64,000 nucleotides of DNA, taken from sequence record CP054387.1; one strand, written 5' to 3'. Within the stretch, counting starts at the first letter, position 1; each line of letters starts with the position of its first letter. The stretch comes from Escherichia phage CMS-2020a. Shown in pieces: positions 37,600 to 46,784 of this stretch. The notes beneath the pieces were generated by a model. The model was not told the DNA's origin and did no database searches. It saw nothing but the letters and a program-made list of their open reading frames with translations. The position numbers were made by a program, and so were the translations under genes.

Positions 37600-38250
37600 A
37601 TGGCTAACATTATCATTTCTAAAAAGTCTATCATTGAAGCTGCATCTATTGTATCCGACGAGCTGCGCGAAAAAGCAGATCTGGCAACTCAAACATATAA
37701 CGAACATTATAAAAATGGCACGCACACTAAAGCAGACAAAGCAAATATGCAAGCTGCGACCACTAAACTTGCTTACTTCATCAACAACGTCGTAAACGCA
37801 GTAGAAGACGAAAAATTATGCTCTGTTTTCTACTATGCGATTAAAGCAAGCAAACAAGCGCCAGAAGTATTTTTCCGTGATGCAATGACTAATAGTTATT
37901 CACTGGAAAAACTGGTTTATCTGGTTAAATCAATTAAATCTGGTAAATGCGTTTATTCCATCGCTGATATGTCTGGATCTCGTGTATTTGCTTTAATCGA
38001 TATGATTAACGACGAGATCGACACGTTCACCAATGGCGCTGTTTTCGATTTAATGAATGAAGCTAAAAAAGCGTGTGAGATTAAATTGGACGCTGGCTAT
38101 ACTCAAGCCAACCAGTTGATCAATCTTTGCGAACGTCTTGGACTTGTTGAAAAAGTCAAAGGAGCTGGGATCGCAAAAGCTGGTACTCAGCAATATCGCT
38201 TCATTAAAAATGATTTCTACAATTATTTAGCTGACGCTTTCAAAGCGTAA
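37600..38250 (+). CDS. hypothetical protein
   Basis: 216 aa ORF with AT-rich promoter-like region upstream, no recognised motif. Confidence 0.5.
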   Translation: MANIIISKKSIIEAASIVSDELREKADLATQTYNEHYKNGTHTKADKANMQAATTKLAYFINNVVNAVEDEKLCSVFYYAIKASKQAPEVFFRDAMTNSYSLEKLVYLVKSIKSGKCVYSIADMSGSRVFALIDMINDEIDTFTNGAVFDLMNEAKKACEIKLDAGYTQANQLINLCERLGLVEKVKGAGIAKAGTQQYRFIKNDFYNYLADAFKA

Positions 38251-38298
38251 TTAATGGAATTAAGCGCCCATAGTGGGCGCTTTAAAGGAGCTTTAAAG

Positions 38299-38502
38299 AT
38301 GGTCAGCTATGACAAGATCCGCGCGGAATATCGCGCAAAGTATCGCGCTTATAAACTAGAATTAATCGATGATTTGATCGCGCAACGCGACCAATTAAAT
38401 TTTACGTTTTCTGATTTGCTTAACAGCAAGCGAGATTGCAAGCGCAAACGTGAATACTTACGTTTAAGCGCATTAATCGGAAAACTTCAAAATTCTATTT
38501 AA
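38299..38502 (+). CDS. hypothetical small basic protein
   Basis: ATG 38299 with AAAGGAG upstream; ORF-track start 38254 would include the hairpin 38263..38280. Confidence 0.4.
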   Translation: MVSYDKIRAEYRAKYRAYKLELIDDLIAQRDQLNFTFSDLLNSKRDCKRKREYLRLSALIGKLQNSI

Positions 38503-38523
38503 TTTTTTTTAAGGAGCTTAATC

Positions 38524-38754
38524 ATGTTTGTTCTTATCGCTGGCGTTAACGTCCATAATGAATATTATGTTAATCGCATCGCTGGGATCGCTGGTTACGC
38601 TGGGCGCGCAGTCGAGCTTATAGATGAAACGACGCGCAAAATTGACTTATTGAGCGACCAGGAGCGAAAAAAAGCAGACGTGAACGACGCTGATATATTT
38701 TTAATGTTAAAAGCGTTTGTCGAAATGGGATTTAAAATCAGTTTACACAAATAA
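38524..38754 (+). CDS. hypothetical small protein
   Basis: 76 aa, AAGGAG RBS, followed by strong terminator. Confidence 0.45.
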   Translation: MFVLIAGVNVHNEYYVNRIAGIAGYAGRAVELIDETTRKIDLLSDQERKKADVNDADIFLMLKAFVEMGFKISLHK

Positions 38755-38760
38755 AATCGA

Positions 38761-38785
38761 GCGCCCACTATGGGCGCTTTTTTCG
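38761..38785 (+). terminator. rho-independent terminator
   Basis: gcgccca-cta-tgggcgc hairpin followed by TTTTTT; the same palindrome occurs at 38264..38280; a second hairpin plus T-run follows at 38805..38830 (acgcgcc-aatgat-ggcgcgt TTTTTA). Confidence 0.75.
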
Positions 38786-39369
38786 TTTCCAATACACCTA
38801 CCATAACGCGCCAATGATGGCGCGTTTTTATTGTCTTTAACTCACTCCAACAACATAAAAATAAGCGCCAAAATAACGCCATAGACGCGCTTTTATATCC
38901 TTGTCAGTACATACCCATTACTTAACACATTAACGCGCTTAAAACACGTTATATTGCGCTATAGAGTATGGTTAATCATTGGCTTTTAGTCTTGCTATGT
39001 GATCCGCGTTTATTTGTCGGCGCGGATCGGCATTTTGTTTTGTTCCGTATCCGCTCGCGTATTATGTGCGCGTGATTTTTCACATAATCACACCACTTAA
39101 TCACGTATGCGATTACGCTACGAAAGAAATCTGGATGTCTCAGGCGACGAAAGTCATCATAATTTTCCCCGCTCACCTGTCCGACAACCGCTGGTTGGAT
39201 TCCACCAGCTTCCCGATGTTTTTTCTACATAAAGGCGAATGCAGCCGTTTCCCGAAAAAATCCTGGCCGTTCCCCGTCGGTTCATGAATACGTTCCTCGC
39301 CGTTTCTGAAAATTTCCCTGCGGCATCTGGTGGCTATAGAGAAAGGGCCGTTACTGGCCCTCTTCTCAG

Positions 39370-39852
39370 TTACACGCCATCAAGGATGTGGATGCGGTTG
39401 CTTGCGTATACATTCAGCATAAAGTTAGCGCAAAACAGTTTCCATGTATCAACGCCAGCGGTATACGTAATGTTTTTGCATTTAATTGCATTGTTGGCGA
39501 TCCGCATCCCCTGCGATACTGCTTCATCGTCGGAAAATTTGAACGACGATTGAGTTTTAATCCAGACAGAAATCTGCGTAGCGAACTCAATCAGCTTGGA
39601 CTGGCAGAATCGCCCGGAGCGCACCGGAAAGACGAACGTTCCGAATCCAGAATTTACCACATACGCTTTCTCAAATACCCGCGAGTAACGACGATTGCCA
39701 ATGATGTCGCGTGCAATAATGCATTTTTCTTGTGCTGACAGTTCTACCGTCTCATTGTCGCGCCATGCACCAAGTACTCGTTTTTCAATGTCAGAGAACG
39801 TTACAGCGATATTGCCATGTGCGGGTGCGTTTACAGTAGCGATAAAATTCAT
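39370..39852 (-). CDS. hypothetical protein
   Basis: 160 aa ORF, no recognised motif. Confidence 0.45.
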   Translation of the reverse strand: MNFIATVNAPAHGNIAVTFSDIEKRVLGAWRDNETVELSAQEKCIIARDIIGNRRYSRVFEKAYVVNSGFGTFVFPVRSGRFCQSKLIEFATQISVWIKTQSSFKFSDDEAVSQGMRIANNAIKCKNITYTAGVDTWKLFCANFMLNVYASNRIHILDGV

Positions 39853-39938
39853 GATTAATTCCTTATCGTAAATAACAAATTGTTTTCTTGTTGGCGTTAA
39901 TTATCGTTGTACGAATAAGGCGTCAAAGTGGAAAGTTG

Positions 39939-40027
39939 CGGTAGCCGGACGGGAACAGGTGGGTTTGTCGGTTGCCTGGAGGTAAGAGGTTGGTGTTTTT
40001 AGCCTGCGGGAAACAGGATGGTCATTT
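39939..40027. repeat. iteron-like tandem direct repeats (about 31 bp, 3 units)
   Basis: cggtagccggacgggaacaggtgggtttgt / cggttgcctggaggtaagaggttggtgttttt / agcctgcgggaaacaggatggtcattt; related units at 43454..43517. Confidence 0.55.
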
Positions 40028-40202
40028 AAGGCCACCAGCAGTGGTGGCCTTAATAATTATCGACCGATTACGCTAAGGATCTTTTCCTCAACTGATTTGT
40101 TGTTGCGACTAAACTGCCTTGCGTATCTGATGACAGAAGAGGCGTTTTGCTTTCTGACTATCTCGGCTCTTTCCTTCAGGCGTTTCTTGAAATCGCCCAT
40201 AT

Positions 40203-40577
40203 TTACCACCAGGCGCAGAAGGTCAGTCTGTTATTGTGAAAGTCGTGGTTCTTAATCAGCTCTTCCACAAGTTTTTTCAACTCCCCCACGTCATGCCAGT
40301 ACCCTTCATCGTACTCCTGACTGCCGAAGAAAAAACCTTCACAGGTAGGTAAGTACTCTTCGCAGTTACTTTCGTTCATGTGCATCAAATGAGCTTTCAG
40401 AGCACAAATGTCATTCATCGTTAATTCTAAAAGCTCACAATTTTTGACTTCACCTACGTTGCGTTCCATCCACCCAAAGAGAGCATTGAACTTACGGAAG
40501 TAAGCAACCTTCTTTCTGGATGCATCGTTATTCAGATCGTTTTTTGGTTGCGTCTCAATGTAGATATCAAGTCCCAT
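40203..40577 (-). CDS. hypothetical protein
   Basis: 124 aa ORF. Confidence 0.45.
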   Translation of the reverse strand: MGLDIYIETQPKNDLNNDASRKKVAYFRKFNALFGWMERNVGEVKNCELLELTMNDICALKAHLMHMNESNCEEYLPTCEGFFFGSQEYDEGYWHDVGELKKLVEELIKNHDFHNNRLTFCAWW

Positions 40578-40695
40578 GATGGTTTCCTTATCAAGTTGCT
40601 TTCAGTGAAAGCATTTTCACAAATCAGATAAGGCAGAAAACAAATTGTTATCGGGCATAAGAAAATGGCGCGGTTTACGCGCCATTCAAAGAGGA

Positions 40696-41091
40696 TTAAG
40701 CGAATACGCTTTCAGGGATTAAGGTGTCAGCAGGAATGCCGGAGGTAATGCGCAGACCATACTGACCAATCCAGGTAGTGTTAGTGTTCAGACTGGAAGC
40801 GAATACGGTGTTAACCATATTCATCATGGTTTCAAACACCTCTTTATTCACCTTACGGAAGTAACTTTCAATTTTCAACAACAACGGGTCCGTTGCATCA
40901 AAAATGGACTGATATTGCGCCTCATATTCCCCGCCTGATGTATCTCCTTTACGCACAATAGTACTTGCCTGAACTTCAGTTCCAGTTTCGGTGTTGTACG
41001 TAACGACGGTGATTTTAGCTACATTCTTACCTTCGGCGCTTTCTGAAGCATAGTAGACATCAACTGTCAGGTTTTCTCGTTTAACGCTCAT
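40696..41091 (-). CDS. hypothetical protein
   Basis: ORF 40696..41103 with probable start at internal Met (MSVKRENL). Confidence 0.45.
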   Translation of the reverse strand: MSVKRENLTVDVYYASESAEGKNVAKITVVTYNTETGTEVQASTIVRKGDTSGGEYEAQYQSIFDATDPLLLKIESYFRKVNKEVFETMMNMVNTVFASSLNTNTTWIGQYGLRITSGIPADTLIPESVFA

Positions 41092-41216
41092 ATCACTCTC
41101 CATAGTGTCTTGGTTATTTTTCTATTTTATAGACATAGGTATGTACTTACAATACAAAAAACCCCGTAAGGATGGCGGGGCTGTCGTACTGTCGACTAAT
41201 TACCACTTGCACATTA

Positions 41217-41528
41217 TCAGGCTATTGCCATCACTGATGCTCTCTGAATCTCTTGCTGGGCCACGCGGTTAACTTCCATCAAAGCCAGTTCGAGCTGATG
41301 TTCCGGCCACATTCTTTGAAATGCCATCCAGCCTTTTCCACGCTGGCGACGAACATTCATTACATAACGAGTAAAGGTGTTTTTATCGAAAGACACCGCT
41401 GTTTCACGGAACAGACGAATAGAGGTTCCATTGGCAACGATGTCCAGCAAAGTTAATTGAGCAACCAGTGCAGGCTTCTCTTTTCTCTTCTGGTCTTTGT
41501 CCAGACCAAGAACCAATGATTTTTTCAT
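41217..41528 (-). CDS. hypothetical protein
   Basis: ORF 41217..41558, probable start MKKSLVLGL; palindromic motif and 30-bp repeat directly upstream. Confidence 0.45.
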   Translation of the reverse strand: MKKSLVLGLDKDQKRKEKPALVAQLTLLDIVANGTSIRLFRETAVSFDKNTFTRYVMNVRRQRGKGWMAFQRMWPEHQLELALMEVNRVAQQEIQRASVMAIA

Positions 41529-41682
41529 CACAACTCCGTAAACAACTTGTTTTCTCAATGGCGTAAATAATACCAGTAAGAAAACGGCTACAAAGCATAT
41601 TGATCAGGCGCATGAGCGATATGCAGGTTCTTCCCTGCGGCTACAGATGAAGTTAAGCCAGCAATGCTGGCTTTGGTTGGGC

Positions 41683-42012
41683 TTACGCGAATATCGCAAG
41701 GAAGTCCTGAACGTCCCAATGCTGGACGAGGTGAAGATAGACCTTAGAAATCACGTCATTTTCGCTATCGCATGTGAAGTAGTACTTCTGGCTGCGGTTG
41801 TATGTGTCCACACAAAATTCGCTCATATCCATAAAGTCAGCATCTTCACCCATGTCGCAAATCATCAAAGCAGGTGCGTCATCACGAGTCATCAGCTCCA
41901 GCACCCATCTTGAATTAATCAGAGTGGAAGACCAACCTTCCAGCTCATAAAACTGGTCAAACTCTTTTTGAGTCAATTTCTTAATTTGGTTGATGTCGAT
42001 ATTTGCAAACAT
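41683..42012 (-). CDS. hypothetical protein
   Basis: Start ATG 42012 with AAGGA 8 nt upstream (MFANIDINQ...). Confidence 0.45.
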   Translation of the reverse strand: MFANIDINQIKKLTQKEFDQFYELEGWSSTLINSRWVLELMTRDDAPALMICDMGEDADFMDMSEFCVDTYNRSQKYYFTCDSENDVISKVYLHLVQHWDVQDFLAIFA

Positions 42013-42122
42013 AAAGCAATCCTTAAACATGTTGTTTTCTGAATTACGTAAACAATACCAGTAAGAAAACGGCCACAAAGTATATCGTTACGGTGCTACG
42101 CTGCCCCGAGGTTAATAGCGAC

Positions 42123-42147
42123 AAAAGCCACCGTGCTGGTGGCCTCA
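42123..42147 (-). terminator. rho-independent terminator candidate
   Basis: Hairpin gccacc-gtgct-ggtggc followed on minus strand by TTTTGT, just after stop of 42151..42369. Confidence 0.5.
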
Positions 42148-42150
42148 CTC

Positions 42151-42369
42151 TTAATCTTGGTCGTCCGGGAACTCGCTGTGTACCGCGCCCACCAGCTCCC
42201 GCTTTTCATCTTCACTCAGCAGGTGCCAGATATCCTTCCCTTTGGGCGATTCCCCTTCTGCCGGGACGAACGACCACAACTTGCGGTACAACTCCGGCCC
42301 CACTGCATCCAGACACTCAGCCAGGGAATCCACGCCCCACACCTCAACCGTCACAGGCATCTTAATCAT
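42151..42369 (-). CDS. hypothetical small acidic protein
   Basis: 72 aa, GAGGA RBS upstream, visibly higher GC than neighbours. Confidence 0.45.
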   Translation of the reverse strand: MIKMPVTVEVWGVDSLAECLDAVGPELYRKLWSFVPAEGESPKGKDIWHLLSEDEKRELVGAVHSEFPDDQD

Positions 42370-43020
42370 CTCTTCATCCTCACTTCGTTTCTATAACGTC
42401 TAAATATGCTGTTTACTTGTTGGTGTTATTATCGCAATAAGATAAAGGCGAAAAAGGATTTTATGTCGGGAAAGCCAGGCTGGGCAGTGAATATCCGGGA
42501 ACGACACGAGAGCCAGTATTTACGATATTCTGCTCTACGCGCGCCGCGGGGCTGGTGGGTAGAATAATCCTCTCCCCGAAAACCTACTGAAATCGATTGT
42601 GACCCGCTGGCTGTCTGGCACAATTACGCTGTATCTGGCATTCAGAGGGAATCCAGCGGTAAGCAAGTCAGCCTGCACGTGAGCGCCTCTCTTCTTCCCG
42701 CACATTACAGGTGGGTAGCTGCAACTCTCTCGCTATACCGGTACGCCGCCGTTCCTGAACCGGCATCGAGCCTTTTCCCGAAATCCACACAGGCAACTCG
42801 ACCGTTTCCCTGAAAATCCCCAGCCGTTTCTGTAGCGTATGCAACCTTTTCTCTGTATGGACCGAAGGCTGACCGTAGGGGTGTTACGGGGGGTGATGGT
42901 AAGATGTTGAATAAATACGAAAAAGGAGGCGACACACCTCCTTCCCTCTCCACTTATACATACCTGGCTTCTTCGCTATACATGTTGTGTTTTATCTGTC
43001 TCAACCTCTCTATAGGCGTT

Positions 43021-43760
43021 AATGCTCACTCCTTCCAGAATGTTCTATACGGCGACTATTTCTGTTGGTGAATTGGGTGTGTTGTTTTCTCTGTCGGTGT
43101 ATGTGGTTTCGTTAGTTTTGCGGTGGTTCTTCTATGGGGGTGTTCTCGTCGTTTTGGTGATTGTTCTTCTCCGTGTATGGAGTAATGGCAGGTGGGCGAT
43201 TGCTTTCGTTATTGTGTTTGAGTTGTTTGTCTGGAGTGTGTGAAGGCTTTTGTAGTTATTCGTGTATTGGGTAATGGCGTTTCCCGTGATTGTTATGTTT
43301 CGTGTCTTTTGGGATTGAGAGAAACCTTGCGGTTACAGGCTTCGTTAGGGTTTCAGCGGTTCAGGTGTTTCTTCGCTGTTTGGGTAATGGCGTGTCGTGG
43401 GTATCGCGCGTATGAATGTTTTCGGATTGCCTGTGAAAGTTAGGTTGGTTGTCCGGTAGCCTGGGGAGAAGAGGTGGGTCTTTTCGGTAGCCTGCCATAA
43501 AGAGGTTGGTTGTTTTGGGTAATGGCATATGTGTTATTTGGTTGTTTTGTTATGCCTGAAAATAAGTTGTTTATATGGTTGTGTAACGCAACGGGAGCGA
43601 TTTTGAGCGTGTGTTTTTGTTGGTAGTGTGTTGAGTCGTCTGTGGTGAAATTTGGACGCTGTGGCGCTATCTGCTGCGTAGAATTACGGGTATAAGAAGT
43701 GATGTGTGATAACGTCAATTTTTTAGACCAAATCGGGAGAAAGCGTTGATGTTTCGTTGA
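43021..43760 (+). other. strand-asymmetric GT-rich non-coding tract with short repeats
   Basis: Plus strand strongly enriched in G and T; GGGTAATGGC at 43269, 43382, 43517 and a variant at 43180; only low-complexity ORFs. Confidence 0.5.
43454..43517. repeat. iteron-like tandem direct repeats (2 units of ~32 bp)
   Basis: ccggtagcctggggagaagaggtgggtctttt / cggtagcctgccataaagaggttggttgtttt; same family as 39939..40027. Confidence 0.55.
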
Positions 43761-43910
43761 TCTGTTATTTAGTTGTTTTCTTATTGGTATAAACAACCAT
43801 AACCTATTGATATTTAATGATGTGATTGCTGGTATGGGAGGGTAGTAGTGGCGATCAACGGGTTCTTATAGAAAAGAATCAAATTGTGACCGCCATTATC
43901 AACGGTTTGA

Positions 43911-44096
43911 TTAGATGAGATGGTCTAATTCATCATCTATCATGGCTTTGACGCTGGAGTCGTTCACTCCATATTTATTTATGAGCTGTTTCAGCTCTGT
44001 CGAAAACTGAAGGTAGATATCGTGAGCGTTTTTCACTGTAGGTTCAACGCCACTCATTTCAAGCGCCTTTAGTAGATATGAGTCTTCTTTAAGCAT
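43911..44096 (-). CDS. hypothetical small protein (uncertain)
   Basis: 61 aa ORF downstream of 44133..44432. Confidence 0.3.
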   Translation of the reverse strand: MLKEDSYLLKALEMSGVEPTVKNAHDIYLQFSTELKQLINKYGVNDSSVKAMIDDELDHLI

Positions 44097-44132
44097 AAAT
44101 TCTCCGTTATCTAGTATGAAGCGATTGCCGGA

Positions 44133-44432
44133 TTACCATTGCCAGCACTCAAGCCCTTCAACGACCGGTGCGCCACAATCAAAATGTACAGAGTTAAAGC
44201 CTACATCAAGTACTTTCTGAATGTTCGCAATCGCACCCTCGGATATACCATATCGACGCAACTCATCTTTCCAGTCATCGTCCTGTAACCCGGCGTGGAC
44301 AATGCAACCGTACTCAATTTGTGAAACCCAATCCAGCTCATTGCTTGCGATCATGAATCGGCGAGCATCTTCCTCTGATGTATGAGATGAACTGATCAAT
44401 GCCACCTGGTAGGCTTGGGTAATGTTCAACAT
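44133..44432 (-). CDS. hypothetical protein
   Basis: 99 aa ORF; palindromic motif 14 nt upstream of its start. Confidence 0.4.
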   Translation of the reverse strand: MLNITQAYQVALISSSHTSEEDARRFMIASNELDWVSQIEYGCIVHAGLQDDDWKDELRRYGISEGAIANIQKVLDVGFNSVHFDCGAPVVEGLECWQW

Positions 44433-44544
44433 TTCAACTACTCCAAAACAAGTTGTTTTCTTATGTGGCTTATTATCTCAATCAACAAAAGGTAGAAAAC
44501 AAATTGTTTTAGGGATTGTGTAAATCAGGAGGGATTGTGTCTAT

Positions 44545-44575
44545 ATGAAAATGCCCGGCGTGTTGCCGGGCATTG
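44545..44575 (-). terminator. rho-independent terminator of metG
   Basis: Hairpin aatgcccggc-gtgtt-gccgggcatt followed on minus strand by TTTTCAT, about 20 nt after metG stop. Confidence 0.7.
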
Positions 44576-44593
44576 CGAAGAGAGGTTGTTTAA

Positions 44594-46627
44594 TTACTTA
44601 ACCTGGTGGCCAGGTTTAGCACCAGCATCCGGGCTTAACAGGAAGATATCTTTCCCGCCAGGACCGGCAGCCATCACCATGCCTTCAGAGATACCGAAGC
44701 GCATTTTACGTGGTGCCAGGTTAGCCACCATAATGGTGTGACGACCAATCAGTGCCTGTGGATCTGGATAAGCGGAACGGATGCCTGAGAAGACATTACG
44801 CTTTTCACCACCGAGATCCAGCGTCAGGCGAAGCAGTTTGTCAGAACCTTCGACAAACTCCGCGTTTTCAATCAGCGCCACACGCAGGTCAACTTTGGCG
44901 AAGTCGTCAAAGGTGATGGTTTCCTGAATCGGTTCGTCAGCCAGTGGGCCAGTTACCGGTGCAGCTGTGGCTTTCACTTCTTCTTTGGATGCTTCCACCA
45001 GTGCTTCCACCTGTTTCATATCGATACGGTTATACAGTGCCTTGAACGGATTCACTTTATGGCCCAGAAGCGGTTGCTGGATACCATCCCAGGTCAGTTC
45101 TGTATTCAGGAATGCTTCTGCACGTTCAGTCAGTTTCGGCAGTACCGGTTTCAGGTACGTCATCAGCACGCGGAACAGGTTAATGCCCATAGAGCAAATC
45201 GCCTGCAGATCTGCATCGCGACCTTCCTGCTTCGCCACCACCCACGGAGCCTGTTCATCGACATAGCGATTAGCCAGGTCAGCCAATGCCATGATTTCAC
45301 GGATAGCTTTACCAAATTCGCGGCTTTCCCATGCTTCGCCAATCACTTCAGCGGCATCAGTAAAGGTTTTGTACAGTTGCGGGTCAGCCAGTTCGCTTGT
45401 CAGCACGCCGTCAAAACGCTTGTTGATAAAGCCTGCATTACGGGAGGCCAGGTTAACCACTTTGTTCACGATATCGGCATTCACGCGCTGAACGAAATCT
45501 TCCAGGTTGAGATCGATATCATCAATGCGCGAAGAGAGTTTCGCAGTGTAGTAGTAACGCAGGCTGTCAGCGTCAAAATGATTCAGCCAGGTGCTGGCTT
45601 TAATAAAGGTGCCGCGAGACTTGGACATCTTCGCGCCGTTCACCGTCACATAGCCGTGAACAAACAGGTTGGTCGGCTTGCGGAAGTTGCTGCCTTCCAG
45701 CATGGCAGGCCAGAACAGACTGTGGAAGTAAACGATATCTTTGCCGATGAAGTGGTACAGCTCGGCGGTGGAGTCTTTCTTCCAGTATTCGTCGAAGCTT
45801 ACGCTGTCGCCGCGCTTGTCGCACAGATTCTTGAAAGAACCCATGTAGCCAATCGGCGCGTCCAGCCAGACGTAGAAATATTTGCCCGGCGCGTTCGGAA
45901 TTTCAAAACCGAAGTAAGGGGCGTCGCGGGAGATATCCCACTGTTGCAGGCCAGATTCAAACCACTCCTGCATTTTATTTGCCACCTGCTCCTGCAACGC
46001 ACCGCTGCGGGTCCATGCCTGCAACATTTCGCTGAAAGAGGGCAGATCAAAGAAGAAGTGTTCAGAATCACGCATTACCGGCGTAGCGCCAGAAACCACC
46101 GATTTCGGCTCGATCAGTTCAGTCGGGCTGTAGGTCGCGCCGCAGACTTCGCAGTTATCGCCGTATTGATCCGGGGATTTACATTTCGGGCAGGTGCCTT
46201 TTACAAAACGGTCCGGCAGGAACATGCATTTTTCCGGATCGTACAGCTGTGAGATGGTGCGGTTTTTAATAAAACCGTTTTCTTTCAGGCGAGAGTAGAT
46301 AAGCTCGGACAACTGACGGTTCTCTTCGCTGTGCGTCGAGTGATAGTTGTCATAGCTGATGTTAAAGCCTGCGAAATCAGTCTGATGTTCCTGACTCATT
46401 TCGCCAATCATCTGTTCCGGTGTGATACCAAGCTGCTGTGCTTTCAGCATGATTGGCGTACCGTGGGCATCGTCGGCACAGATGAAATTAACCTCGTGGC
46501 CGCGCATTCGCTGGTAACGAACCCAGACATCAGCCTGGATGTGCTCCAGCATATGGCCGAGGTGGATTGAGCCGTTAGCGTACGGCAGCGCGCACGTCAC
46601 CAGAATTTTCTTCGCGACTTGGGTCAT
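44594..46627 (-). CDS. metG: methionine--tRNA ligase
   Basis: Translation from internal Met ([48 protein letters not shown]...) matches enterobacterial MetRS as I recall it, including HLGH and KMSKS motifs and C-terminal tRNA-binding domain; ORF-track N-terminal extension rejected. Confidence 0.97.
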   Translation of the reverse strand: MTQVAKKILVTCALPYANGSIHLGHMLEHIQADVWVRYQRMRGHEVNFICADDAHGTPIMLKAQQLGITPEQMIGEMSQEHQTDFAGFNISYDNYHSTHSEENRQLSELIYSRLKENGFIKNRTISQLYDPEKCMFLPDRFVKGTCPKCKSPDQYGDNCEVCGATYSPTELIEPKSVVSGATPVMRDSEHFFFDLPSFSEMLQAWTRSGALQEQVANKMQEWFESGLQQWDISRDAPYFGFEIPNAPGKYFYVWLDAPIGYMGSFKNLCDKRGDSVSFDEYWKKDSTAELYHFIGKDIVYFHSLFWPAMLEGSNFRKPTNLFVHGYVTVNGAKMSKSRGTFIKASTWLNHFDADSLRYYYTAKLSSRIDDIDLNLEDFVQRVNADIVNKVVNLASRNAGFINKRFDGVLTSELADPQLYKTFTDAAEVIGEAWESREFGKAIREIMALADLANRYVDEQAPWVVAKQEGRDADLQAICSMGINLFRVLMTYLKPVLPKLTERAEAFLNTELTWDGIQQPLLGHKVNPFKALYNRIDMKQVEALVEASKEEVKATAAPVTGPLADEPIQETITFDDFAKVDLRVALIENAEFVEGSDKLLRLTLDLGGEKRNVFSGIRSAYPDPQALIGRHTIMVANLAPRKMRFGISEGMVMAAGPGGKDIFLLSPDAGAKPGHQVK

Positions 46628-46784
46628 AGTAGGCATTACTTCTTTGTAGTGAAAAGGGGCTTGATAGTAACAAAATGGCCTTATGTCTGCCATGTGATAA
46701 CAGCATTTCTCATAAATGATTAAATGTCGTAGCTGGAGTACACTACAAGGCGACAATTGCGCAAATTAAAATAAAGGAGACGGG

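Larger units (their letters stand above)
2697..44432. mobile_element. prophage-like region A (accessory genes plus complete late/structural module)
   Basis: Contiguous terminase, portal, capsid, lambda-like tail, tail fibre and lysis genes; integrase and att not seen, so boundaries are approximate. Confidence 0.8.

Noticed and set aside
38900-39370. Short ORFs 38976..39176, 39066..39287 and 39239..39553
   Set aside because: Mutually overlapping on both strands, no RBS, inside a repeat-bearing non-coding block; possibly remnants of a decayed gene.
42093-42365. Plus-strand 90-aa ORF
   Set aside because: Overlaps the better-supported minus-strand gene 42151..42369, which has an RBS and terminator; Pro/Arg-rich translation.
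43440-43796. 118-aa minus-strand ORF in the GT-rich tract
   Set aside because: Low-complexity Gln/Thr/Pro-rich translation caused by strand composition; region treated as non-coding.
45059-46252. 397-aa plus-strand ORF inside metG
   Set aside because: Antisense to an unmistakable methionyl-tRNA synthetase gene; Arg/His-rich shadow ORF.
44594-46756. Extended N-terminus of the metG ORF as given in the ORF track
   Set aside because: The extra 43 codons precede the canonical MetRS start MTQVAKK; start moved to 46627.
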